A stretch of DNA of 64,000 nucleotides. Origin: Glaucostegus cemiculus (taxonomy: Eukaryota). The notes below the pieces were generated by a model. It saw nothing but the letters and a program-made list of their open reading frames with translations, was not told where the DNA came from and did not search any database. The DNA lies in contig CDPCPM010000120.1 in the NCBI GenBank assembly GCA_976551045.1, positions 7,192,001-7,256,000 on the forward strand, written 5' to 3'. The translations under genes and the position numbers were made by a program. Positions 1 through 12,150 of this stretch are shown one piece after another; position 1 is the first letter of the stretch; the number at the start of each line of letters is the position of its first letter.

Positions 1-2479
1 TGCTGAAGGAAAATAAAAGTTTGCAGTGATTTCTGTTGAGGCTAAATAGCAAGTTTCTGAAGTTTTACATCTACATGGAAACAGGGAAAAATAGGATGAT
101 CCCCAACGTACTACTGTGCAGTTCCCTTGAGCACCAATGGAGCAGAAAAAAATGGTGCTCGTTAGTAGTCAGTAAGGAGAAGAGTGTTTGCTGTAGGGCA
201 GTCTGTGCAGTTTACACTGCCTGGGTGTTTCACTGATCACTAATTTCCATGGAAGGAAATGATCCTATGGTTTATGCTATCCACGTTTGTGAATATTTGA
301 CCCATAATTGGCATTTATTAGTGAACTTGAGATTTGATGGATGAGTGTCAGCATATGGCCAGTTAGCTTAAAGGCAGTTTAGGTGACTTTTAGGCTGAAT
401 GATCAGTAGATATATAATGAGGTTTTTTCCACTTTTATATTAAACAAAAACTTCAGATGCTTATGATTGCACTAATTGGGTGTTCTTAATCTTAGTTTAG
501 ACTGGTATTTCAGTGCTTTTTTTTGTAAAATATCCTATATTTGGCAGAATGATCATGAGATCATAAACGCTGAATGGTCTACATCAACTGTATAAAATGT
601 TTGTACAAATAATTTTTGAGACATTAAACTATGGAGAAAGTATATAGAATTTTTCCACAAAAATGCTTGGAAACTTCTCAATGTTATCAAAAATTGACAT
701 TAAGTAAAAGCAGATGTTGAACGGTTTAGAAAATCAGGGCATTATTTGCCTGTTTCCATTGCAGTTTGCTAAACACATTATAAATAAGCTTTGATGTAAT
801 TCAGAGTACCTTGTTTATTTTGTTGATAGTATCAGCTCAGAAATGTTACCATCTCTTGTTTAAGTTACAGAATGAACAGATATGTAAGTGAGCTTGGAGA
901 GAATGCACTTTGCTTGCATAAAGAAAATGTTAAAATAAGCATTTCCACTGATTTTGCAACCTTATTCGAGTCCACAAAACAAAAATTCTTTTTAAGGTAT
1001 AAATATGCAATAGACTAGCCTTATGGCAAAGAAAAGAGGAAGGCATGTTATATATTTAGGTTTGTGGATACTATACAAAAATAGTACATCAATACAGTAA
1101 GTTCTTATCTAATGGGAATTGAACACTGAGGCCTAATTATCACAACACATTAAAACCAAAGCTGCCTCATTTGTGGACATTTTATGAATCTCTATCCAGT
1201 TTTGATAGTCAAAATGGGTCTCCATTTTTCAGAGTATCTTTGTATAATTGATTTTTAACACTCATGCCTATCACTTTATTCTGCTGCTTTAAATTTGAGA
1301 TTTTTTTGTACTTACATCTTGTGATGTATATTTAATATAGTGATATTTGCAGGAGCATTACTTTTGAATTTCAGTGCAGTTGATTTCATTTTATAAAAAT
1401 GTCTGAGCATTATAAAATTCCTTATTTTTCCTTTTTGGGTCTTTTATGTTAATTGTGTTCTTATTTTCATTACTAATTTTGCAAAACACGTTTCCAGTAG
1501 ATCTGTAGTTTAGCAAATAAGTTAACATAGATGGAAGGAAACACTCACAAAAAGCTTTATTCTACATGTTGTAATGAAAGATGGCAATGTTGCTTTTATT
1601 TTTAAAATATAACCAGTGGAGAGCTGCTATGAAGAACATGTTGGAAATTGAATATTAAGAGATATATTGACATAAAATATGTGAGTGGTATCCACATTCT
1701 AATGATATTATGCCTCTTGTTGGTAATCAAATAATTTTCCATTATCCTTTGAATAATTATAGGGATTTCCAAATTGTTATTTGGCTGGTTACTTGCAACC
1801 TTCATGCATGCAAATACTCTTATCCATTTATAACAATTTTTCATCAAGTGATCTCCAGAAACTCCCAATTAACAAACTTCTTTTAACCAATAGGAATCAA
1901 ACAGCACTGGCCCTCCACAGGCTTGGATAAGCAATTGTCCCACAGTAACGTTAGGTATATCCTGAAAGAGGAACTTGCAAGATTAAAGCCTACTGGATAC
2001 GATCAGAGGCTCTGATATGAAGAAACTTTGGGGGGATGGGGAATAAATAAAATTGCCTGGTTTAAGACCCTTCTTGGGATATAGGACAACTACCCATGCA
2101 GATTCCAGCTGAAGTAGCAGTTGAAATAAAGGAGCTGGATATCTTAGCAGTCAAACATGTCCAATAGAATTCCTGGCATGGCAACTAAGGAAATATAGGT
2201 CTCTTCGATCACTGTCAAACAGGAAAAACATAAATATAGAACTTGATGCCAAAGTGACCTCAAATACCCATTTTGCTAATCAAGACCATTGTCCTTTCAC
2301 ATCAGACCACCTACTGAATAAGTGTGGCTACTACCAATACATATTTGTATCAAGGATCCCCACTGCAACATAATTTGCATAAGTAGAAGTAAACAGCATT
2401 TGAAAATTTACATTCTAGCAATTTCCACGCTCACATGGACAAAGACACCCATACACTAAGATTCTTACAAAAATGAAAT

Positions 2480-2950
2480 ACCGACAATTCTGAAAATCTG
2501 ATCCAGAAAGTACTGGAAATACTTATCAGGTCTAGCACATCTATGGAGAGAAAAAAATTGGAGTTAATGTTTCTGAGCACGGATATTAAAAATTTAGAAA
2601 TGGATGTTTTACAATGCAGAGGGGAAGGGGAGGAGAGAACATTTGGGAATGTATGAAGAAGTGTAGAAGGCAGGTATGATTAAAATTGTTCGTGGTGGAA
2701 AGCTAAAAAAAAAAGGATGCCTATGGGAGAAGCAATGAAGCAATGGTGGATGATAAAGTGGTGTAAAATAAGAACAATCAATATTTTAAAACTGAGTACA
2801 GCAAGTTCCAAAGTACCTTGTTAAAATATGAGATGTTGTTCTTTGACCTTGCATTAAGCTTTAAATTGCTGGAAATACTCAGAAGGTCAGGCAGCATCTG
2901 TGAGGAGAGAAACAGAATTGATATTTTGGGTCGCTAATTGTTCATTATAA
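2480..2950 (-). mobile_element. Degenerate Penelope-like element (PLE) remnant with two terminal-repeat (pLTR) pieces
   Basis: Two copies of CTGGAAATACT(C/T)A..AGGTC.GCAGCATCT.TG (~2513, ~2870), which recur at the other PLE ends in this window. 2815-2860 resembles the end of the endonuclease region on the - strand. Confidence 0.55.
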
Positions 2951-3477
2951 GTAGGAGCTAAATGTTTGATGTTTTATTTAAATAGGTTTTAACATAAAGC
3001 AAAAAGGCAAATGAGAACTGAAGGACCCTCATAGAGTGGAAGGCAGCAGAGGCAAGTTGGGACCCTTTGTTGCCCAATGTCCCTCCCATCTCTTTTCAGT
3101 GCTCCTTAACGATGCTTTTAAAACAAAAATCTGGCCATTGTTGATTGACTGTTGTGATAGGGGGTGGGAGTGATCATAATGGACATCTGCTATGTAAGAG
3201 AGGTTGTGAGTGTAGGAGTAATGTTTGTCCTAATTTTCAGTTAATTCTTTGTATGGAGGATGGATCCCAATCTTGAAGATCCATTGCTGGAGTAAGAGTA
3301 TAGTGGGTTCAAATTTCAGGAGTCAATGTTTCAGAGTTGTTCAACTGAGGTTCAAAATTAAATACTTAATTAGAGAGGCCGATGTAAGGGACAATCAAAA
3401 ACTAATGGTAATATTAAAATTATGCTATCATTTCTCCCTTTTTAATTACCAGATTAATTATTGAATTCTCCAATTTC

Positions 3478-3830
3478 ATTTCCTCTTGTCTCTTTTCCCC
3501 TTCCCAATATGTATTCTCCCTACTACTTTCTTCACCACCTCTCCACATCCTTACTCTCATCTTTTTTCCTCTACCTTCCTCTTCACCAGCCTCCTAACAT
3601 TCACCAGCCTCCTAATGTCCTTCCCCACTCTTGCATCCTTTGTTGATTGTTCATCCCTCAACCTGCTCTTCCCATCTTCCTTCCCCTCTTCTTACCTCTG
3701 TGCCATCTTTCTTACTTTTACTCCTTTGCTTTTCTCACTATACTTTTGTATTTCTCCTTTCTTCTTTCCTTTCATGTACCTGATACCTCTGCCTGCTCCC
3801 ATACCCTTGTGCTTCCTTCTTGATATCGAT
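3478..3830. repeat. Polypyrimidine (C/T) low-complexity tract with a short tandem duplication
   Basis: Strong C/T bias; TTCACCAGCCTCCTAA occurs twice (~3582, ~3600). Explains the overlapping 153-aa F/L/S/P-rich ORF. Confidence 0.85.
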
Positions 3831-4896
3831 ACCTTTCTGTATGAATTAATTTTGTATACAATGTATGTTGACAAATTGTACTCATATTTGCCTTTAAATT
3901 ATGTTGACAGGCAAATGAGAGAAACTAAATATTTTAATTTCAACTAGTACTTAAATAAGGCAAATTTCAGTTGTGCAGTATTTGGAAGGAAATTGCTTTT
4001 AACGTAATCCAATAAGTCAAATCACTTTGCTTAATGTTCAACCAGAAAACTGCAAGTTTGAAATGTTGGGTGATATAATACATTTTCCATTTAACAAATG
4101 TCATCAATTTGAGCTATGTTATGAGATAGACTACCAGCCTAGCTACTTGGCTTGGAATGGAGTGGGGAGAAACAAAGCAAAGGCTTGTAGTACTCAACTT
4201 TTCCTATTTATTCTGGCCCTCCCAGAAGTTCTAATGCCTTTCTTCAGCCTTGAATGCAGATCTGCCTTTAATGCTGATATAGCAGATGATAACAACTCTG
4301 GTGCATCATTAAACCGCCACTATTTTGAGGCAAGGCTTGATTTCAGTACAATGGATATTTAGGGAGGATAGAAGAAAGTTTGTAATAACGTGTGGATATT
4401 AAATGGAACAGAAAGTGAGCATTAATCACAGTAATATTAATGAACTTGAGAATCACCAGGAGATTTGAGGCATTGAGAGAGAAATTGGATATTAGAAAGC
4501 AAATGTCCAACAATAGAAAAACATAATCCAAACTTCTTGGAGGTAACTTCAGCAATGGAGAAGAACTGGGAGTTCCACCTTCAGTTAGAAGATGGCTTGA
4601 GGTCTGGATTTTAATCAGTTCAGGACAAAAGATGGAACTACTAAAGGTTGGTGTTAGTGTTTGGTCAAAGTGGGGACATGATCAGACTATTGGGATAATT
4701 TTAACTTGACACACAACAAGATATTGTTTTGAATCACGTATGAAAAAGATGATAAAACAAGTGTAAAACTTGACAACATTATAGTGGAGCTAAATAGAGC
4801 AATAACTATTATATTACATATGGACTCTTACAAATCCTATGAATTGAAGTGGTTAGCAGTAATTACATTTCCATGCAAAAATGAATGTAAAAGATT

Positions 4897-5443
4897 ATAT
4901 AGCACAGCACAGGATGGTGTGCCAAACTAATTAAGCTGATGACACCTAATCACTTCTGCTTTTACAAGGTCTATATCCTTCCATTCTCTGCATATTTATG
5001 TGCCGATCTAAGAGCCTCTTAAATGCCTCTATTGTATCTGTCTTCACCACCACCCCTGGCAGCGCATACCAGGCACCCCACTCTCCGTAAAAAAAACCTT
5101 GCTCCGCACATCCCCTTTGAACTTTTCCCCTCTCGCCTAAAATGCATGCTCTCTAATGAGAGACATTTCAATCCCGGGAAAAAGATACTGGCTGTCTATC
5201 TATGCCTCTCATAATTTTATAAACTTCAATTCGGTCTCCCCTCAGCCTCTGCTGCTCCAGAGAAAACAACCCTAGTTTGTCCAACCTCTCCTTATAGCAC
5301 ATACCCTCTAATCCAGGCAGCATCCTGGTAAGCCTCTTCAGCATCCTCTCCAAAGCCTCCACATCCTTCATATCATGGGGCGACCTGAATTGAATGCTAT
5401 ATTCCAGATACAGTCTAAACAGAGTTTTATAAATAAGCAACAT
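4897..5443 (-). mobile_element. CR1 LINE, 5'-truncated (ORF2 C-terminus and 3'UTR)
   Basis: ORF 5168-5443 reads YKTLFRLYLEYSIQFRSPHDMKDVEALERMLKRLTRMLPGL...LGLFSLEQQRLRGDRIEVYKIM, the classic CR1 ORF2 C-terminal motif. Confidence 0.92.
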
Positions 5444-5811
5444 TATATGATTTTTGAATGATTTACATTTCAGAAAATCAGAAAGATCATACCAAGATAT
5501 TCCATTTTATTAAAAAAAAGTGTTATGTGTTGAAATCCATCCCTCTTTAATATTTGCTTCAATGTTCAAAGCATTAAAACATCACCACCCCTATCATGTT
5601 GAGCATTAGTTTAAAAAGTTGCCAATGCAGCACAACCTCCAATGGTTATTTTTGTACAACAGCACAAGCCTTTTTACTAAATGCCATCCTTTATGTTAAT
5701 TGGCACCACCTTGGAAAATAAAAACTGCAGTTATAAGCTGGCACTTGGCCATGAGGCTCCAGATTTTAAGAGTATGTAAAACACATACCTCTACTAAAAC
5801 TTGTAGTAAAG

Positions 5812-7000
5812 ATGGCAGGGTAGGGAGGGAGAGAAAACTTAGAATGACCAACTGAGACCTTGAAATTTGATTTAACAAGAGCCACTAAAGGAGGGTAACA
5901 GCAGATGTGCCTGTCAGGAGGTGACTGTGAAGGACACCTTCAGGGGCAATATTCCTAAAACATGGTGCAATAGAGAAAGAAACAGCATGAATGCAGGATA
6001 TATGAAAGTGAATCTTCTGGACTCTACCATTAGCCTGCAGCCCGATGACCATTAAGGCATCAGCTCTCACTATTTCATGCTTACTGACAGCCGAACAGGG
6101 TCATCCATCCTTCTTTCAGTTTGTGCCCGCCAACCCCCATTTTTTGATAATCAGAAATGACACCCTTATCCCCCACCATCCTCTGCCTTACTCATTAATG
6201 GCCATGCTCAAGACACTGACATTCAAGTCAACCAACGATGACAAGGTATGTCACATTTTTGCCCCCTTGCCTTACAGACCAAAAATCGCCAACTATCTGT
6301 CAGACAGGAGGGAATCCCTTTCAGGCTACAAGGATTTAGAGAAGATCCTTTTTCTCTTCACTTCCCTCCATAGATGCTGCCTGACCCACTGAGTTCTTCC
6401 AGCATTTAGTGTGTCACTCCAGATTTCTGGCATCTGCAGTCTCTCTTGTGTCTTGATTTAGAGAAGAGGTTCCTTTCCTGGGCATTGGGGCAGCCAAGCC
6501 CTATGCACCGGGGTTATTGGAGCTAATGGCAGGCAAGTATCTTTTGCTGCTTCTCCAGCACTTACCCTCATTGAAATAACCTGTCTGAGATGTGCTCTGC
6601 ACACTTTCAGCAAAGGCATCATGCTGTGTTATTGTTTCTGTCCTTGCCATCACTAAAAATGGACTACATGCCATGTCCAGATATTCAGGCAGAGGAGGAG
6701 AAGAAGCATGAAGTGGACTCCAAGGATGGAAACCATTCTGTTGCAAAGGATGGTCTCCCTCCATTGGCATCTGCATCTACTCTAACTCAAATACAAGCAC
6801 CACGCAGGGAGAACCTAAGTCAGACGTGTGTGTTTCTCGAAAGACAGCAATAACTCTTTCACTTTGAAGCAGGATGACTCCAGACACAGCTGACCTGGAG
6901 GAATCAGATGAGGACCCTGATCATAGAGCATTCAGGAGAAACCTCGTTAGGATGCAAAGTGATGTTCTTGCTGCACTGCCCAGTCTGTCAGACTGAATGC
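5812..7000 (+). pseudogene. Decayed Myb/SANT-like DNA-binding ORF of a PIF/Harbinger transposon
   Basis: From 5826: RERKLRMTN*DLEI*F..., then ETA*MQ..KVN (AWxxIAxxVN-like), QTGGNP at ~6301, and acidic DLEESDEDPDHRAFRRNLVRMQSDVLAAL at ~6892-6980. Has stops and frameshifts. Faces a Harbinger transposase. Confidence 0.5.
6346..6454 (+). mobile_element. Short PLE terminal-repeat insertion with 13-bp TSD
   Basis: GATGCTGCCTGACCCACTGAGTTCTTCCAGCA...GCATCTGCAGTCTCTCTTGTGTCT, flanked by GATTTAGAGAAGA at 6333-6345 and 6455-6467. Confidence 0.85.
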
Positions 7001-8003
7001 ATGACATTCTTCCCTACATCTCTCTGCTGTCATTAGGAACTTGTTGTCCTGGAGGTGTTTGGCACATTCATGATAGGGGAAACATGCCAGTGCTGGATGC
7101 CCATGATGATGTCTTGTCCCAGAAGGCTGTCTTCTGACTTTTGCACTCCAACAAGGGTGGCTGCAATCTGAATAAGCTGGCTGTGAGGCACAAGAGTTCC
7201 CTGAGGATCAAGAAGACAAGTCTACAGGTCTGTTATGACCAATGATATCCTCCAGATACATGCCAATTTCCAATGGTATTGCAGAGTTTGAATGTTCTGC
7301 CCTCGCTTAGGATGACAGGAATTTTCCTCCCATTATAGGTTCTCAGACAATGCCCTCTCCTGTGCCCCATAGGATTTTCCACATTTAGCCTCCCCAGTGG
7401 AATGCAGCAGTCCAAGCAAGGGCCTGTTGTGGGCATCCTGTGTAAGCATTTGTTACCCCCCCCCCCCCCCCACCGTGGAATTGCCTTCTAGCAATCAAGG
7501 CACAGCCACAGGAAAAGCTCTACAGCTTAGTGGTAGAACCTTGAAGAGACCTTGTAAAACTATCACAATGGAAAAATGCTAATGTTTATAAAATAGACTA
7601 TAATTTGCAGAATAAGTTTCCATTATGATACATTTCTGCTCACATCCTAAATCTTATGTTAGTTATTAATGGAGTGCATCTGTGTAAAATAGAAAAATCT
7701 TGGAGATAATTCAGCCCTGCTAATTGGTACATTTTACAGCATCACATTGTAATCCAAAGCACCAAATTCACCTTGCAGTATAGCATGAGATGACAAATCA
7801 TTGAAACACAGGTGTTAAATAATTTGTTTATTGTAATGGAATGTAGGCAGTGACTCCACAATGTCCTTTGGGATAGACACAGTTGTATGAAGGTGCGGAC
7901 ACTTAACAACAATCAGGAAATGTAAGCATTTATAGAGTGGCACTGCCCCGTGATTCCAATCTCAGAACGACAGGATAGAACTCTAATATCTTTTGCAACA
8001 GGT

Positions 8004-8294
8004 AAGATCTTTATTAGTCACATGTACATCGAAACACACAATGAAATACACCTTTTGCGTAGTGATTTTGGGGGGCAGCCCGCAAGTGTCACCACGCTTC
8101 CGGCACCAACATAGCATGCCCATAATTTCCTAACCTGTGCGTCTTTGGAATGTGGGAGGAAACCAGAGCACCTGGAGGAAACCCACACAGACATTGGGAA
8201 AATGTACAAACTCCTTACAGACAGTGGCCAGATTTGAACCCGGGTCGCTGGTGCTGTAAATCATTATGCTAACCACTATGTTACAGTGCCTGCC
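8004..8294 (-). mobile_element. tRNA-derived V-SINE (HE1/HER1-like), full length
   Basis: Minus strand shows an A-box-like TAGTGGTTAG, a B-box GGTTCAAATC, the V-domain TGGGTTTCCTCCAGGTGCTCTGGTTTCCTCCCACATTCCAAAGAC, and an AATAAA tail. Second copy at ~35324. Confidence 0.9.
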
Positions 8295-8514
8295 ATGTTT
8301 ACCATATTAATCTTAAAGTTACCTTAAGTATCTAAGAAAATGAAAGTTAGTTGAAATTAGACCTTTACTACCAATTGGAGGAAGAGTCCACGCCATTGTG
8401 TCTCATTCGTAGCATTTCTGATACCTGTGCTCCAATTCCAAGTCTTGATCCTCTCATGTTTTCTGCTGCTCCTGATGCAGGAGGCTCCCTGGTAAAGACT
8501 CTCTTTACCTGTTT

Positions 8515-9260
8515 GGTGAGTTGTGCAAAAGCATCTGATGAGTATGAAGCAGAAGACCTTGTGTGCTAAGCATAAGAGTGCGCCCTGGGAGTCGAGCAAA
8601 CAGTGGAATTTCATTTTTAGGGAGGCCATAATGGGCTCTTCTAAGCTCCTTGTGCAGTAGTGTCTTTCTTGTACTAACATTCAGCTGTTTTGTGACAGGC
8701 AAATGTACAGGAGTGACAAGAACAATAAAGAAGGGAATTTCTCATATTCCTCATGATCCATCAATCAGGGAAGAGTGGTTCCTGAATGATTGACTGCTGT
8801 GACAATCTTAGAATACAGAACACATGAGCTTCTAGTTTACTTTGTATTAACCATGAGCATGTTCCTCTCATCAATGCCTACAACCTGAACAATGAGTGGA
8901 AGCCCTTGTGATTCATGAAGCGGTCCAAATTCTAAAGGGAATTGTGAACTGGCACATTTGATGTCTGATGGTTTGACCCCTGTGGAAACCAGTAGTGTTT
9001 CTAAATCCCTGTTCCCATTCAGCCTCATCTTCTGCAGTAAAGCAAAAGTAGAGGAAGCTATTTTTCCTAGAGCGTGAAGCATCAGTGAACTTGGTGGTTT
9101 ATTTTGTGATCTTTTGGTACTGTGTTCTCCTGCCTCCTCTCTCAGTGTTCATACTCATGCCTGTGGCCTTCCAGCACCTCAGGTCTTCCAGTAATTTCTG
9201 CAGGAGCACCTTGCATGTTTCCTGCCTACTTTGCAGGAGTATCCTTGTAAGGAAGTTCTG
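8515..9260 (-). pseudogene. Decayed PIF/Harbinger (HARBI1-like) DDE transposase
   Basis: Collinear motifs across frameshifts: RILLQSRQETCKVLLQKLLEDL; GFRNTTGFHRGQTI (GFPxVxGAID-like); FMNHKGFHS/VQVV at 8893-8919 (NRKGFHSxNVQ-like); HYCTRSLEEPIMASLKMKFHCLLDSQGAL (HxxTRxxIERxxGxLKxRFRCLDxSGGAL-like); LHN at 8520-8528. Confidence 0.82.
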
Positions 9261-9375
9261 ACAGTTTTCATAATGATGCCAGGCTGTAGGATATATGGGG
9301 TAAAGGGGAAAAGTTGCAAATAAGAATATATGAATTAGATCCTCAGATGCAGAGCATACCATGTTATTACAATAA

Positions 9376-10210
9376 GACAAATGAGATTGTGGGTGCTGGA
9401 ATCTTTAAGAAACAAGCAATGTTGGAGTAACTCAGTGAGTCAAGCAGCATCTTTGGAGGCAAAAGGTGTTAGTTTATGTTTTAGGTTGTGATCCTGTATC
9501 AGAGTGAGAAGGAACAGGATCCCCTAGTCTGCTTATCCCTTTCCACCCAATCCTTTGTCTCCCTGGCATTTTTCCTGAACTGTAGTAGATGTTCCTTCAT
9601 TTCATCCCTCAACACCATCCAGGGAGCTAAACAGCCCTTCTAGGTGAGCCAAAGGTTCACCTGCATCTCTTCCAACATCGTCCATTGCATTGGATGCTCA
9701 CATTGTGGCCTCCAATACATAAGTGAAACCAAGAGTAGACTAGGCCATTTTGCAGAACACCTGTGCTCTGTCTGCAATGGCCATCTTGAGCTTCCAGATG
9801 CATTTCATTTTTAATTCTCCTTCCCACCCCTACACAAATATAAGTTTGAAGAACAACATCTCGTACTTGACTTGGGTAGCTTACAACCCAATGGTATCAA
9901 CATTGAGTTTTCTAGTTTCAGGTAACACACACCCCTGCTGCTCTGTTCCCTCGCACACACAACTTTCCACCTAGTTTTATTCACCTCTTCCCTCATCTGG
10001 TTCCATTGGCCCATCAGCCCTGTCCCATTTGGTTCCAACTATCACCCACCAGCCTCTGTCCCACCTCTCTTTGCGCTGCTATATACTGGCAATTTTTCCT
10101 GTTCCTCTCAGTCCTGATGCAGGGCCTTGACCTGAAATGTTGAGTTACACATTTTGCCTCCACAGATGCTGCTTGACCTGCTGAGTTCTTCCAGCATTCT
10201 GTTTTTTGTT
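9376..10210 (+). mobile_element. 5'-truncated PLE: inverted pLTR, GIY-YIG endonuclease fragment, 3' pLTR
   Basis: 9613-9900 reads TIQGAKQPF*VSQRFTCISSNIVHCIGCSHCGLQYISETKSRLGHFAEHL. 9376-9520 is an inverted copy of 10095-10210. Confidence 0.85.
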
Positions 10211-11559
10211 TAGTAAAAGTCTGGTCGATTTGAGAATAACCAATAATAGTGAAGATTTAGAAAATTGTTATTGAATTTCACCTGCAAACACTGGAAAGCT
10301 GCACTGCACTGGGATTGACATAACTAGTTGGGTATCAGTGTCAGAAGGTTTCCCCAGTGTAATGCCTGGTTGAATTTTGAGAGAGCTGCAAGAGACATGG
10401 TCGCTATCTGATTTTACTCTGTTAAAAATTGACTTTTAATCATAATGGTGAAGGAAACAGTGCAATACAATCAGAGTTGTATGTCAAAGTATTTTATGCA
10501 CCAAAGCAATATTAAATATTCAGTAGTTTGAAGTAATCACCCTAGTAGAACAGCAAAATGGGAACAGAGCTTAAAATTAATCATTATATCACTAAATCTT
10601 TTGAACTAAGAAGAGTTGCATGAAGCATGGCTTGATCTCAGAACAGTGCCATTTGTGTGGCTTCAGCTTTGGAGAAAAGGAAGAAAATATAGCTATATAA
10701 AGTAGTATTTTTCCCTTTTTGTAGAAATGTTTAAGAACTTAATACTAACATCAAAGGTATTATGAAAAATATAGTAGCATAAAAAGCATTTATGATTCTA
10801 GATGATTGCATCCATGTTCTGCATGTGAAATTGATTGATGTCTTCCACTGCATTTTTCTATTTTTTAATGCATTTGAACACACTTAAGGAAACATAATGG
10901 AAGTAGCTTTACTAAGGAGTTTAAATGTTGTTACTGCTCAGTTGAATTAATATATTCCTTTTCTGCCCACTTCACCTTAATTACTTCCCTAAGTTAATGC
11001 GATAAATCATCTTCGTTTGTTTTTTTTTGATATATGTGTGATCTACTGATTAGAATTGAGAAGATGTGCAGTAATCATTATCTGCAAAGAGCATTGGGTG
11101 GTTTAGTACCTAAGCAGTGTCCAAGCAGATTACAAAATCATGTTTGCATTGAGTAATCACTTTTTATAAAACTGCTCTGTGTCATTTTAATATTTCTTGT
11201 TTAGCACATTTTCTTGTTGAAAGGTTAGCATTCACAAAATGGCAAACATTAATGGTATTTTCATGCAACTTTAAGAAATTGATATTAATGACCTTGCCAT
11301 TTCAAAGCAAAAAATTACAGATTGTTCTCTGTGGCTTGAGAGTAAAGTGCAAAGAAGATGCACTTTTATTGCACTAGTATGATTTATCATCAGCATTATC
11401 CTTTCCAAACATCTGATCAAAACTTATAATCGTTTTGTAATTTTAAATTCTCATCTTCTCACTGCACCCCCCATTTCCAGAGTCAATCTTTCTCTAAAAT
11501 TATTAATTGAATCTCTGAAATTGCCTATGTATCTACAAAATCTAGGCTTAAATACCTTG

Positions 11560-12150
11560 TCATCTACTTCTGAGGAATACCTACTTACCAGACATGGGGA
11601 CTAAAGCTAGGCATGATTTTCTAAAATTAAATTAAAACCTTTTTGCAACTTGTGTACAGGACCTTTTCTTTACATAAACACACTTCCAAAAACATGATTT
11701 GCTTCTTTGTAGCTGCCCTTACTGTTGTAAAGCTTTGGTAGGAGTCAGTAGGCAGTCCTAAGTCTCACATTTTTTCTCTTTTACTTTTAATATGCACCCT
11801 GGTGTTGAGTAGATGCTTTTTGAATGTGTAGTCTCGCGCAAAATTCCGTATTTTTCCACAGTAAATGATAATTGCCATTTAAGAAGCCATTCACTTGAGT
11901 TATCCAAATCAGCTTCCAATCTGCTAATCCTCTCCTTATTGGTTACTCTCACACACATTTTTTAAATCATTCCCACATTTAACAATACTACTATTGATCA
12001 TTCATAAAAATAATGAACTGTAAATAACACAGCACATAATCCCAGGGGATGGCATTTATTACCAAAAGCTCCATTTTGATTTCTTCTCATTAATAACTAC
12101 ATTCTATTTATGCAACTTCAACCAACACCTAATCAATTCTGCTATTTCCC
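11560..12150 (-). mobile_element. Old CR1 RT fragment
   Basis: ORF 11758-11958 reads RLEADLDNSSEWLLKWQLSFTVEKY, matching CR1 LQxDLDxLxxWxxxWQMxFNxxKC. Confidence 0.65.

Noticed and set aside
805-889. Candidate small exons with strong donors (AT|GTAAGT at ~884; also AAG|GTAAGT ~25823, AAG|GTAAGA ~47377, and a 24-nt - strand candidate at 18058-18081)
   Set aside because: Peptides unrecognised, acceptors weak, and such matches are expected by chance in 64 kb.
3486-3947. 153-aa hydrophobic ORF
   Set aside because: Product of a C/T low-complexity tract; no family motif.
8225-8294. tRNA-like A/B boxes (also ~35545-35614)
   Set aside because: SINE heads, not tRNA genes; they run directly into the V-domain.
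8505-8702. ORF KELRRAHYGLPKNEIPLFARLPG looks faintly like H4 [23 protein letters not shown]
   Set aside because: The overlapping frame fits Harbinger transposase motifs far better and in the correct order; the H4 likeness is coincidental.
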